From Truepera sp. (GTDB lineage: Bacteria > Deinococcota > Deinococci > Deinococcales > Trueperaceae), in NCBI GenBank assembly GCA_965218435.1, contig CBDCKW010000005.1, forward strand, positions 96,001 to 160,000: DNA of 64,000 bases, in the 5' to 3' direction. Under the pieces are notes generated by a model. It was not told the DNA's origin. It saw only the letters and a program-made list of their open reading frames with translations, and made no database searches. A program made the translations under genes and the position numbers. How positions within the stretch are numbered: the first letter of the stretch is position 1; every line of letters starts with the position of its first letter. This document shows positions 53,499 through 63,460 of this stretch, piece after piece.

Positions 53499-54602
53499 AT
53501 GAATGTTAATTATATCGGCCCACTCCGGGAACAGGTGGGCCTGTCCCAGACGGAGCTAGGCGAAAAGGTCGGCGTGACGCGCCAGACCATCGCCGTTTGG
53601 GAAAGGGGGGAGCGCCTCCCGTCGCTCGGTCAGCTCAGTCGCATCGCGGGCGCACTGGGCGTCTCACTCGACGTTTTCCTCCGGGCAGCCGAAGAGGAAG
53701 GTCCTACTCTGCTATTTCGGGCGGACGACGCAAGGGCACTAAACCCTTCCCTGCGCGCGCTCATTCAGCAGCGCGTGGAAGACTACGCCGATCTGGAGGC
53801 TTCGCTCAAGGAGACGCCGACGCTTCCTCCAGCCTACCCGCTCGACGAGTTCGACGCGGCGAAGGTCGAGCGGATTGCTACCCAGGTGCGCGATTTTCTG
53901 GGCGTCGAGGATGCGCCGCTCGGGGACGTAATCAGCCTTCTAGAGGACAAAGGCTTCAAAGTAGTTGTCACGCCCTTACCCAAGAGCGTAAGCGGCTTCT
54001 CGGCCTATACCGAAGCCTGGGGGGCTGTCATCATCGTCAATGCCAGCCATCCGGTGGACAGACAGTACTTTACGGCGCTTCATGAACTCGCCCACCTGAT
54101 CTGCCACCGTAAAGACTACAACCATCAAGAGATCAGGGAAGCGAAAGATCCTCGTGAGAAGATCGCCAACCGGATGGCAGGGGCCGTCCTCATCTCCCGC
54201 GAGATGATGGAACGTGAACTCCGCGGCTATCAGCATGCCTGGATTCCAACTCCCGTTCTTGCCAACCTCAAGCAGCGCTATAGCATGAGCATGGCCACGG
54301 TCCTTATGCGCGCCCGGGATCTCGGCATGATTACTGCACGGCAAGCTGGACAGCAGCTAGGCAAACTCAAAAAGTTGCGTGACGAAGATGGGAGTGAGCC
54401 TTCGAAACTCAAGCGTCAAGCGGACCAATTTGAGTCTGACATCTTTGTTGCTTATAACCGCTTGGAGCGGCTGGTGTACGAGGCCGCCAGCAAAGAGCTC
54501 ATCACTCGGTCCCGAGCTGCGGAAATTTTAAGCAAACCGCTGCTAGAAGTCCGGAAACAGCTTGAAGGCTGGCGATCTGAGCAGAGCCCGATCGAAAGTT
54601 GA
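53499..54602 (+). CDS. XRE HTH fused to an ImmA/IrrE metallopeptidase
   Basis: LSQTELGEKVGVTRQTIAVWERG; HELAH; EKIANRMAG. Confidence 0.92.
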   Translation: MNVNYIGPLREQVGLSQTELGEKVGVTRQTIAVWERGERLPSLGQLSRIAGALGVSLDVFLRAAEEEGPTLLFRADDARALNPSLRALIQQRVEDYADLEASLKETPTLPPAYPLDEFDAAKVERIATQVRDFLGVEDAPLGDVISLLEDKGFKVVVTPLPKSVSGFSAYTEAWGAVIIVNASHPVDRQYFTALHELAHLICHRKDYNHQEIREAKDPREKIANRMAGAVLISREMMERELRGYQHAWIPTPVLANLKQRYSMSMATVLMRARDLGMITARQAGQQLGKLKKLRDEDGSEPSKLKRQADQFESDIFVAYNRLERLVYEAASKELITRSRAAEILSKPLLEVRKQLEGWRSEQSPIES

Positions 54603-55122
54603 TCCTTCTTGCCGACGCCAATATTCTCTTCGACTTTGGCTGAGTCGAAGACGGACTTTACCATTTGGCGTCTCTAGGGCCGCTCGAGGTTTTAGAGAAC
54701 GTCCGCGACGAAATTCGAGAAGATGACATCCTGCAAATCCTGGTCGACCTCCGTGTCACTATCGTGCCGTTGCAGGACGGCTGGAGTGACGTGATTCGTA
54801 GCGAAAAAAGGGGCGGTCTCAGCCTGCCAGACGCCACCTGTCTCCACTACGCGCGCACCTACGGACGGACGGTTTTGACGAGCGAACAGACTTTGAGAAA
54901 ACGCTGTCAGCAAAATAGTGTGGACGTTCACGGTAGCTTATGGGTTATCAAACAGCTCCACGAAAGACGTCAGTGCGCACCTTTTGTGCGTATGGTTGGA
55001 GTCTTGGCTTGAAGACGACGCCCGACTTCCCCAGGATGTGCTTGCGGGAATCCGTGTACTGCTCGGCTGCTCTAGCTGAAAATGAGAGGGGAGAGCCGAT
55101 CACGGGTTCCACCGAGTTATAG
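54599..55122 (+). pseudogene. PIN-domain protein with a nonsense codon and a likely frameshift
   Basis: TTG start MILLADANILFDFG, TGA at 54641, then LSLPDATCL, LTSEQTLRK, VHGSLW. Confidence 0.75.
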
Positions 55123-55200
55123 CTATCTGAACCTTTGTTCATCACTACAACCTCTGAGCCCGACCGCCTGATGCAGTGCCTAGCCTGAGCCTAATGTCGC

Positions 55201-55587
55201 TTATACAATTCGCCAGGGAACCCGCACGAGACCTTCAATGTAACCGAAGTGTTTATCGAACTCGAGGAGCGGTACCTGATGCCGCAACGCGACCTGAGCG
55301 ATAAGGCCGTCTGTCGCAGGGATCGTCAGACCTTGACTCCGCAACTCCGCGAGCCGCTCACCAGCTGTCCGATAGTCGCTCTCCTCAGTTTTGAGCCGGA
55401 GCGTGGAGCGCATCAAATTACGTACGTCTTCTTCATCGGGACGTACGTTTTGCACCACTTCGAGTTCGACCATGCCGCAGACCGCTGCGTTTCCGTCGGC
55501 TAGAGCCGCGTCGACCCGCGCGGCTAACGGTTCTTGCCCCTGAAAGAAGGCAATCCAGGCACTGGTGTCGATCAAAACTTCAGCCAT
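55201..55587 (-). CDS. vapC: VapC PIN toxin
   Basis: LIDTSAWI, ELE, TDGLIA, DKHF. Confidence 0.9.
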   Translation of the reverse strand: MAEVLIDTSAWIAFFQGQEPLAARVDAALADGNAAVCGMVELEVVQNVRPDEEDVRNLMRSTLRLKTEESDYRTAGERLAELRSQGLTIPATDGLIAQVALRHQVPLLEFDKHFGYIEGLVRVPWRIV

Positions 55588-55795
55588 TAGGCTCGAGTTC
55601 ACCCAGCTCGGCCGCTTCGATCTCTTCACTGCTGGTGATCTCGACCTTACCCCTAAGGGCACGGAACCGGTCGAGTCGGCGGCGGCGCAGATACTCACTC
55701 ACCGCCGTACTTATGGCTTGCGTCATATTGGTCGTGTGGGTAACCTCGAGCAGTTCTTGCAGCGTCTCGTCGTTTAGCGTAACAGACGTTCGCAT
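55580..55795 (-). CDS. vapB: VapB-type RHH antitoxin
   Basis: MRTSVTLNDETL...AVSEYLRR...LRGKV, overlapping vapC. Confidence 0.85.
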   Translation of the reverse strand: MRTSVTLNDETLQELLEVTHTTNMTQAISTAVSEYLRRRRLDRFRALRGKVEITSSEEIEAAELGELEPNG

Positions 55796-55962
55796 AGGTT
55801 CCTTTCTTCATCATCTTATTGAGAATTCAGCTGTTGTACCTGCAAAGCACAGCGCACCATTTTAGTATACTCTAGCCGCAACATGATTGCACCAAAACTA
55901 CCTGCGTTCGAGATATTAAAAGGGGTGAACCTTTCCGAGTTGTAGTTCAACATTTACCTATT

Positions 55963-55990
55963 CCCCCACCTAACTGACCTTATGTTGGTA
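55963..55990. other. dif-like 11-6-11 recombination site candidate
   Basis: CCCCCACCTAA-CTGACC-TTATGTTGGTA, ~95 bp upstream of a tyrosine recombinase. Confidence 0.5.
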
Positions 55991-56085
55991 GTATTGACAG
56001 ATGGGGAAGAGGTGCACGATGAAGCGTGGGTATACCTTATATATAGAGATGTATCTTAGCGGCAAGTCCGCTCGAGGTCGGGTCA

Positions 56086-57477
56086 GTGCCTGACCTCGAG
56101 CCCAGACACCTCACGGCTGAACAGAAGCGCCAGCTCGAGGTCGCTCTCAGAGCGGTTTATCCCACCGAGGCCATACCCAGTCTCAGCGACCTCCGGCGCG
56201 ATCCGGCGCGACTCGCTTCACTATCCGAGCTTGTTGCGCTGTTTGGTGAACAGCTGCCGGAGCGCCAGCAAGCGTCGCTCGTTCGCACCTTGGGGTTACA
56301 GGGCCTACCAGCTGAAACGTTAGCGCAAGTTGGCTTCGACTTGGGGGTTACCCGCGAGCGCGTTCGGGCAATTAGCAAGCAAGCACTTACGAATCTCAAA
56401 AAGGTGGCGCTTGCGACCGGCGTACAGGTCGAGACGCTGCTCGAGCCACCCACCAGCGGGGCGGGCGTAAGTCTCGAGCTTTATCAGGGGAGCGCCACCG
56501 AGCGGGCCGTCCAGTGGGCGTCGTTTCCTTCAGATGATCTCCGGCGTTTGGCTGTCGCGGCCGCCGGAGCGCGTGATGCTGAAGGGTTATGGCGGCTAAC
56601 CGACGCGTACCTTACACTACACGGCACGAAAGGTTCAGCAGTCAGTGAGCGCACCCGCGATGCGTACCGGCGTGGCCTCGTCGACCTGATCAAAGACTGG
56701 CAGGGTGAGAGCCTGCTCCGGCCTAGCCGCGACGCCGGTGTGGTGTGGGTCAGGCAGCTCGAGGCGAAACCGGTGCGCGATCCTAGGACGGGCGAACCAA
56801 AACGCGACGCCGTCTCGGGAAGCCTTAAGGTGCTGAGCCCAGCCACCGTTCAGGCAAAACTTGCTGCGGCCAGAGCGCTCTACCGGGCGCTCCGCTGGGC
56901 GGGCGCGACAACCGCAACCCCGTTTGAAAACGTCAAAGTCACCAAAGACCCGGTGCCAGCCTGGGAAAAGCGCAGCGCATATACACCTGAAGAGATCGAA
57001 GCACTCCTGGAGGTCGCCGAGGGTCCCGACAAGGTGATGGTCTTGTTAGGAGCGCACGCAGGGTTGCGGATCGCTGAGATGACAGCGCTCAGATGGCCAG
57101 ATCTCGACTGGCGCAGCAAAGAACTTGTGGTGCGCCAGGGTAAAGGGGGCAAGACCGCGCGCGTGGCGATGACGCGGCGGCTGCGTGAGACGCTACGGGA
57201 CTGTCCACACGACGCGGCCGACCTTAACGGCTTTGTTCTTCCCTTCCGTACGTACCGGGCGCGCGAACGTTTTCAAAAGCTCTGTCTCCTTGCCGGGGTC
57301 GAGTACAGCGGCAAAGAAGTGCACGGCCTGAGACACGGAGCGGGTACCCGGACGTACCTGCAGTTCAGGGATCTGGGCCGCGTGGCGCAGCACCTGCGGC
57401 AAGCGAGCGTCGATACCGCCCGGCGTTACGCCAAGATGGCCGACCGGGTCGTCGGTGAGGGTATCGAGGAGTGGTGA
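56086..57477 (+). CDS. tyrosine recombinase with an N-terminal sigma70 region 4-like HTH
   Basis: TLAQVGFDLGVTRERVRAI; GLRIAE, GKGGK, HGLRH, HLRQ, RRY. Confidence 0.9.
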   Translation: MPDLEPRHLTAEQKRQLEVALRAVYPTEAIPSLSDLRRDPARLASLSELVALFGEQLPERQQASLVRTLGLQGLPAETLAQVGFDLGVTRERVRAISKQALTNLKKVALATGVQVETLLEPPTSGAGVSLELYQGSATERAVQWASFPSDDLRRLAVAAAGARDAEGLWRLTDAYLTLHGTKGSAVSERTRDAYRRGLVDLIKDWQGESLLRPSRDAGVVWVRQLEAKPVRDPRTGEPKRDAVSGSLKVLSPATVQAKLAAARALYRALRWAGATTATPFENVKVTKDPVPAWEKRSAYTPEEIEALLEVAEGPDKVMVLLGAHAGLRIAEMTALRWPDLDWRSKELVVRQGKGGKTARVAMTRRLRETLRDCPHDAADLNGFVLPFRTYRARERFQKLCLLAGVEYSGKEVHGLRHGAGTRTYLQFRDLGRVAQHLRQASVDTARRYAKMADRVVGEGIEEW

Positions 57478-57589
57478 GCAGTAACCTGCCGCCCGGAGAA
57501 GATTTATTCCAGGTGGCTAACCCCTGGCGTACTCAAACAAATTTTCTCTCCAGTTTGCCCTACTTAAAGACGTCAGAAGACTCGAGGCT

Positions 57590-58142
57590 GGGGCACGGAC
57601 GAGGTTGCTCACCGGATGCTCCTCACCTCGACGCCGTGAGGCACCTCGCCCCACCCCCGGTCGGCCGTGACCGCGACGGCACCCAGAAGCCGGGCCGTCG
57701 CGAGGCAGGCGCGGTCGGCCAGCGAGAGCCCGTGCGTCTTCGTCTGTCGGTACAGTTCCCCCGCTAGTTGCGCCTCTTGCGGCGTAAAAGGAGTCACGCT
57801 TAGTCCTAAGAGTCAACTCCTGGAGGAGCGTGTCGACCGGCCGTTCCCTAGCCACAGACTTCTGCACCACTTCAGCAAAATTGACGCTGTTCATCACTGC
57901 GCCGTCAAGGCTCACGTTCTCCGCCCCCGGTTCGCGTTGTAAAAGTGCCAGGACTGCCGAGGCGTCCGTCACTTCACGGCGACTCACGGCGCGCCTCCTC
58001 ACGGCGCTCTTCGATCAGCTCATCGGCTAGACTCACCCCTAGGTCGGCGTAGCGGTTTTGCAACCGCTCGAGCAACGCCTTGCGGGGTTCAATTACCAGG
58101 CGACCCCCTCGAGCCAGGCGACCACTTCGTCGCCATTCTCGA
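57590..58142 (-). repeat. inverted copy of 62485-63039 (partial antitoxin plus frameshifted vapC)
   Basis: near-identical reverse complement, with a 2-bp deletion near 57813. Confidence 0.95.
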
Positions 58143-59036
58143 AATGTGCGTGTCGTTTTGCCCGTAAAAGAGGGTTTTAACAGGCAAAACGACCCTTTCC
58201 GCAGCCAGCTAGAAATTATGGAGTTGGATAGCGGTCACAGACATATTATTCATAGTGAAGACAGTGTGTTCGAAGCGCCGAATTGGACGCGCGACGGCAA
58301 AGAGCTGATCTACAACCAGGCCGGACGCCTATACCGCTTTGATTTAACCACCAAATCGTCCTCGGTCATCGACACGGGAGAGGTCCTTAGAAACAACAAT
58401 GACCATGTGCTCTCTTTCGACGGACAGACGCTCGCTATTAGCAGTCAAGACGAGAAAAATGGTTCACTGATCTACACGGTCCCTACCAGAGGTGGTACAC
58501 CCAAGCTAGTGACGCCAACCGGGCCGTCTTATCTCCACGGCTGGTCACCTGACGGCAAATTGTTGGTTTATACCGGTCAGCGAAATGGTGAGTTCAACAT
58601 CTACGCTATTTCTGCCGAAGGCGGTGAGGAAATTCAGCTAACGAACACGGCGGGACTAGACGATGGTCCTGAATATACGCCAGACGGCCAATTTATTTAC
58701 TTTAATTCTGTTCGTACCGGGCGGATGCATATCTGGCGGATGAAAGCTGACGGTAGTGCTCAAGAGCAACTCACAGATGACGAATATGACAACTGGTTTC
58801 CCCATATTTCTCCTGAGGGCAAGCAAATCATCTTCTTGACCTACCTTGTAGGTGAGGTGGAACCAAGCGATCATCCAGCTGCTAAACGGGCCTACCTGCG
58901 GACTATGCCCCTAAACGGAGGCACGCCAAAAGTAGTGACTTATCTTTATGGGGGGCAAGGGACAATGAACGTCCCTTCTTGGTCGCCAGACGGTATGCGA
59001 GTAGCTTTTGTTAGCAATACCGTTCCTGAGTCCTAG
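58143..59036 (+). pseudogene. TolB-like PD40 beta-propeller protein, 5'-truncated by the inverted repeat
   Basis: [39 protein letters not shown]; an internal ATG at 58218 might still be used. Confidence 0.75.
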
Positions 59037-59249
59037 AGCACGATCTAGTCGCGGGACAGAATCTTGTCACAAATTTTTAGCGACGATACAGCCTGAGACA
59101 GGCCGCTTTTGACCTGGAAGGTTTGGGCGTAGGGGATAATTTGTCAGCGTGTGAAGCTCAGCGGGTACCTCGACATTTTGTTTCCTTGTAGTTAAGACGG
59201 TTGCGCTCAACTACCGGCAAATAAATTACCCCGTTTGCTACCCAAAGAG

Positions 59250-59640
59250 GAGTTTAGAGTGAATGAGATTTTGAGCGGCTATCTTGAGGTTGACCCGAGA
59301 CCGAAGTGAGTGGAAGTTTTTAATCTGGGCGGCGTGCAGCGTAAGAGAGCCGATAAGCACGCTAAAACTCGTTTCGATGCGCTTACGAATGCGGTTAAGC
59401 GTCTTGTTTCAACAACTTGGGCCAGTCATGTTTTTGCGGTTGTGTGTCGTGATCTGCTCGTAGCCCAGATACGCTTTGTCACCGATGATAAGCTCAGTCA
59501 TAGCTTCGATAAGTTTAGGGACAAGCGCAGCTTCATGATGATGGGCAGCGGCAAAACTCCAGCGTTTGAAGAGACCCTGCACGTTGACCAAAGCGTGCAG
59601 TTTAAAACCGTAGACCATGATCGTGGGCGTACGTTGCCGC
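59250..59640 (-). pseudogene. IS982-family transposase remnant
   Basis: YGFKLH, IGDKAY, RKNM, RKRIETSFS with an internal stop. Confidence 0.8.
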
Positions 59641-59985
59641 CCCGTCACAACCCAATAGCGCTGCCAAAAGACAACCTGCCAGTAAACGCGTAAGTGCGAC
59701 TCTCGAGAGCGGGCTGCCTGTTCACTATCAAAAGGGCGCTGCAGATTTTCGATAAAGGGCTCGGTTATTGTTTGGGCCGCGACGAGCTTGTCTTTGGTGT
59801 CGGTCACGAGATGAAACTGGAAGAGGGTCATGCCCTTGAACATTTGGAGGGTGTAGGGCTCGAGCACGTTGATGCCGATGTCCAGAGCTTGGGGGATGCA
59901 GCCGTCAAGCGCCTCGGTGAAGTGATCGAAACGACTGAAACCTTTGAAACCTACGCTATGAGGTCAGTCTGCATAAGATCTGACC

Positions 59986-60716
59986 TTAAAGCGCGGTTTT
60001 AAGAAGCCAAAGGATAAGCAGGTGGCCGGGGTAGAAGCCGTAGAAGAACCATTTAAGTCTCGGTAAATAGGGCAGCTGGACGGTGCGCACAGCGTAGATG
60101 AGTGGGATAGCCAGCCACGCCGCCAACGACGCCTCCTGAGGACTGTTGATGGTGACCAGCAGCACGATCATAAGCACACCGTTTACGACGGTCGGGCGTT
60201 TGAGAAAAAGCATCATGCTGGGGATCAGCAACACCCCGAGCGGCCCGTACTCGACGCTGATGCCTAGGAGCAGCCCTAGATAGAGGCCCGCGAGCCAGCT
60301 TGTCCCTGCCCCACCCAGCCTTCCGGCAGGTGACGGGCAAACCACGCCCGTAGGGGGAGGAAACTCGAGCCCAGCAGCAGCGTGAAGAAGATGTTGAGGG
60401 GCAGAACCTGACGGCCCAAGGCGAGCATGGCAGGCACCTGTGAGACGAGTCCAAAGAGCAGTAGCGGTAGGGCGTACCGCTCGGGCTTTACGTAACGAAC
60501 AGCGATGTTGTAGGCGATTAGGAAAGCAAACAGGGGAAAGGCGATGCGTCCTAGCGTAAAGGCCCACGGTTGGAACGTCCAGAAGGTATGGTTGGCATGG
60601 TCTAAAATCATCAGGGCGATCGCGAGCCACTTGAGGAGCGTCTGCTACGACGGGCTTAACGTCAGCCACGTTGGTTGCATATGAAGCGTCTGGGGTCGGC
60701 TGAGGGTGCTGGCCAT
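59986..60716 (-). pseudogene. traX: TraX-family membrane protein
   Basis: LKWLAIALMILDH, GRIAFPLF, NIFFTL, EYG, FFYGFYPGHL; TAG at 60647 and a frameshift near 60300. Confidence 0.85.
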
Positions 60717-61146
60717 CCGGTTAGCGTAGGGCGTTTCCAGGATGTACCGGGAAGACTTCGGGGGAACTAGGGTGTGCGTCATAGCTTTACCCTAGAAGAC
60801 CGCCATAAAGTCTGCTCGATTAAGGATGTAGCGCAGCGAAACGTGGTGCATGATACGACCACGTACCTGAGGCATTCGGGGCCAGTGACGGTGCTAGTAT
60901 TGCAGAATCGGCAACTTCGGAAGCTTGTCTGGTTCGCCCCTGAACTATTGCCTTACCGGTTGAGCGAGACGCTGGTGCTCGAGCGGACCAGGGTTCAGCA
61001 GCATAAGCTTTACCGAGGGAGCAAGCAGATGGTATCGACTAGCGTCATTGTATTTAAGCAAGTGGCAGGTGCCGGGCACGCATAAAGGGTGACGTTAACG
61101 CAGACTCGTTTTTGCTGGGAGAATAAAATCGTCGTGAAAATATATT

Positions 61147-61174
61147 GGTTAACATAAACCGCTTTATGTTAAAC
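61147..61174. other. palindromic dif-like 11-6-11 site
   Basis: GGTTAACATAA-ACCGCT-TTATGTTAAAC; right arm matches the XerD arm TTATGTTAAAT at 10/11. Confidence 0.7.
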
Positions 61175-61193
61175 AGCTTTATATGTATTTCAC

Positions 61194-62322
61194 CTAAGTA
61201 CGGGACAAATCAAAGGAAAAAGGCTTCCTGAGCGAGAATAGCTGTGTGAAAGAATCTCGTGGAAGCCATTATCAGCATAAGACAAGCCTGAAACAAATAC
61301 TAGCGGCAAAGTTGCCTATGAATGGAGCAAGGCTGACATGCCTGAGCACGTTGCTACTCGTACTGATTCAAGAGAAGACGGTCAACCTAGTAAGTCTGAG
61401 CTTAGCATTTCAGGGTAGAGCGGAGCCAGAATCAGCGTACCGTCGCATCAAGCGATTTTTTACAGAAGTACGCTTAGACAAGGTGAAAGTTGCTCAGTTT
61501 ATCCTCAACTTGCTACCACCACCGCCTTACACCGTCTGCGTTGACCGCACGAACTGGCAGTTTGGCAGCCTCGACATCAACATTCTAGTGATTGCCATAG
61601 CCCATAGAGGTGTTGCTTTTCCTATCGTATGGTCGTTTCTGAATAAAGGTGGAAATTCATCTAGTGAAGAACGTATCAGCCTGCTCCAATGTTTTTTCGA
61701 GCTTATAGCCTCCAAAGACGTAGCGTTTTTCTTGGCTGATAGGGAGTTTATCGGAGTAACCTGGATTAACTATCTGGATAAACGCCAGGTTCCTTTTGCC
61801 ATTCGTATCCGTAAAGACAGCCTATGTGACAACTGGTGTCCCGTTCGTGCGCTTTTCGCCCACTTAGCTATAGGCGAACTCAAGGTTCTAAACAATAGCT
61901 ATGGCTTTTACGGCTGTAACTTGCGTGCCGCTGGTATGAAGCTCTCTGGTAGCGATTACCTCATAGTTGTCACCAACCGTGCGCCTGCTCAAGCCTTTGT
62001 GGTTTACAAGCGTAGGTGGGAGATCGAAATGCTTTTTTCCGCCTTGAAAACAACCGGCTTTGAGCTTGAAGCTAGCCACCTTACTCGGCTTTATAAACTC
62101 GATACCCTTTTTACCCTCTTGGCTCTGGCTTTTACCTGGGCGCATCATGTAGGTGAATGGCTCCACGACAGCAAACGAAAGCTTCTGCGTATCAAGTCTC
62201 ACCTACGCAGAGAAAAGTCTTTCTTCCGTCACGGTCTTGACTATCTCAGGCATCTGCTTAAGAATCTACACCTCAAGCATGACGACCTGCTTCTCTGTAT
62301 TCACTTTTTGTCCCGTACTTAG
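61194..62322 (+). mobile_element. IS4-family element, intact
   Basis: 16-bp perfect IR CTAAGTACGGGACAAA; perfect 9-bp TSD GTATTTCAC (61185-61193, 62323-62331). Confidence 0.95.
61246..62322 (+). CDS. IS4-family DDE transposase
   Basis: DRTNW, ADREF, YKRRWEIEMLFSALK (YREK signature). Confidence 0.93.
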   Translation: MKESRGSHYQHKTSLKQILAAKLPMNGARLTCLSTLLLVLIQEKTVNLVSLSLAFQGRAEPESAYRRIKRFFTEVRLDKVKVAQFILNLLPPPPYTVCVDRTNWQFGSLDINILVIAIAHRGVAFPIVWSFLNKGGNSSSEERISLLQCFFELIASKDVAFFLADREFIGVTWINYLDKRQVPFAIRIRKDSLCDNWCPVRALFAHLAIGELKVLNNSYGFYGCNLRAAGMKLSGSDYLIVVTNRAPAQAFVVYKRRWEIEMLFSALKTTGFELEASHLTRLYKLDTLFTLLALAFTWAHHVGEWLHDSKRKLLRIKSHLRREKSFFRHGLDYLRHLLKNLHLKHDDLLLCIHFLSRT

Positions 62323-62399
62323 GTATTTCACAAGCATATTTTGAGTAGGAAATCGGAGCGAAAAAGGAATTGTCAGTGAAATTAGGAGTACACTGGAGT

Positions 62400-62653
62400 G
62401 TGGAAACTTCCCAGTTGCAGAATATCAGATTCGATGCTCAAGGAAGAGCACTTATCCCCAAAGGTATGCGCGACGCACTTCATATCGAGAATGGCGACGA
62501 AGTGGTCGCCTGGCTCGAGGGGGTCGCCTGGTAATTGAACCCCGCAAGGCGTTGCTCGAGCGGTTGCAAAACCGCTACGCCGACCTAGGGGTGAGTCTAG
62601 CCGATGAGCTGATCGAAGAGCGCCGTGAGGAGGCGCGCCGTGAGTCGCCGTGA
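62400..62653 (+). pseudogene. AbrB/MazE-family antitoxin, frameshifted at a G5 run
   Basis: DAQGRALIPKGMRDALHI...SLADELIEERR; TACACT 5 nt before GTG. Confidence 0.8.
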
Positions 62654-63020
62654 AGTGACGGACGCCTCGGCAGTCCTGGCACTTTTACAACGCGAACCGG
62701 GGGCGGAGAACGTGAGCCTTGACGGCGCAGTGATGAACAGCGTCAATTTTGCTGAAGTGGTGCAGAAGTCTGTGGCTAGGGAACGGCCGGTCGACACGCT
62801 CCTCCAGGAGTTGACGCTCTTAGGACTAAGCGTGACTCCTTTTACGCCGCAAGAGGCGCAACTAGCGGGGGAACTGTACCGACAGACGAAGACGCACGGG
62901 CTCTCGCTGGCCGACCGCGCCTGCCTCGCGACGGCCCGGCTTCTGGGTGCCGTCGCGGTCACGGCCGACCGGGGGTGGGGCGAGGTGCCTCACGGCGTCG
63001 AGGTGAGGAGCATCCGGTGA
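62625..63020 (+). CDS. vapC: VapC PIN toxin (true start probably ~62655)
   Basis: DASAVLA, SVNFAEV, GLSLADRACLA, TADR. Confidence 0.88.
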   Translation: MRRRAVSRREVTDASAVLALLQREPGAENVSLDGAVMNSVNFAEVVQKSVARERPVDTLLQELTLLGLSVTPFTPQEAQLAGELYRQTKTHGLSLADRACLATARLLGAVAVTADRGWGEVPHGVEVRSIR

Positions 63021-63460
63021 GCAACCTCGTCCGTGCCCCCTCGCTGAGTCTCTTAGAGCGCACCCGCGACCTCGCCACCCTCTCGGAGGACGAACTCAAA
63101 CGTCTGGCCGCCGAAGCCGCTCGTGACCGCGACGCCGAAGTTTTGTGGGCGCTCTTAGAGGCGCACCTGACGCTGCATGGTTCTTCGGGTTCACGGGTGT
63201 CGAGACACACGCTCGAGGCGTAACGCCGGGGTGCTCTATGTCCGGGAACTCGAGGGCCGTTTGAAACCTGCCTCGGTCGGCGTCAAGCTGGCGGCGGCCA
63301 AAGCGTTTTACGCTGCGCTCAGATGGTCGGGCGCAACCGATACGGCCCCCTTTGCCGACGTCCGGGCCGCCGTCGACAAAACTCCCTCCTGGGAGAAACG
63401 CGACGCCTACACCCGGACCGAGGTCCACTGGCTCGAGCGTACGAGCGAGAGTTATACCTT
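63017..63460 (+). pseudogene. tyrosine recombinase N-terminal remnant, paralogue of 56086
   Basis: LTLHG, KLAAAKAFYAALRWSGAT, WEKRDAY; internal stop/deletion; truncated by IS982. Confidence 0.85.

Noticed and set aside
60774..61085. 103-aa plus-strand ORF
   Set aside because: No recognisable motif; cannot be supported
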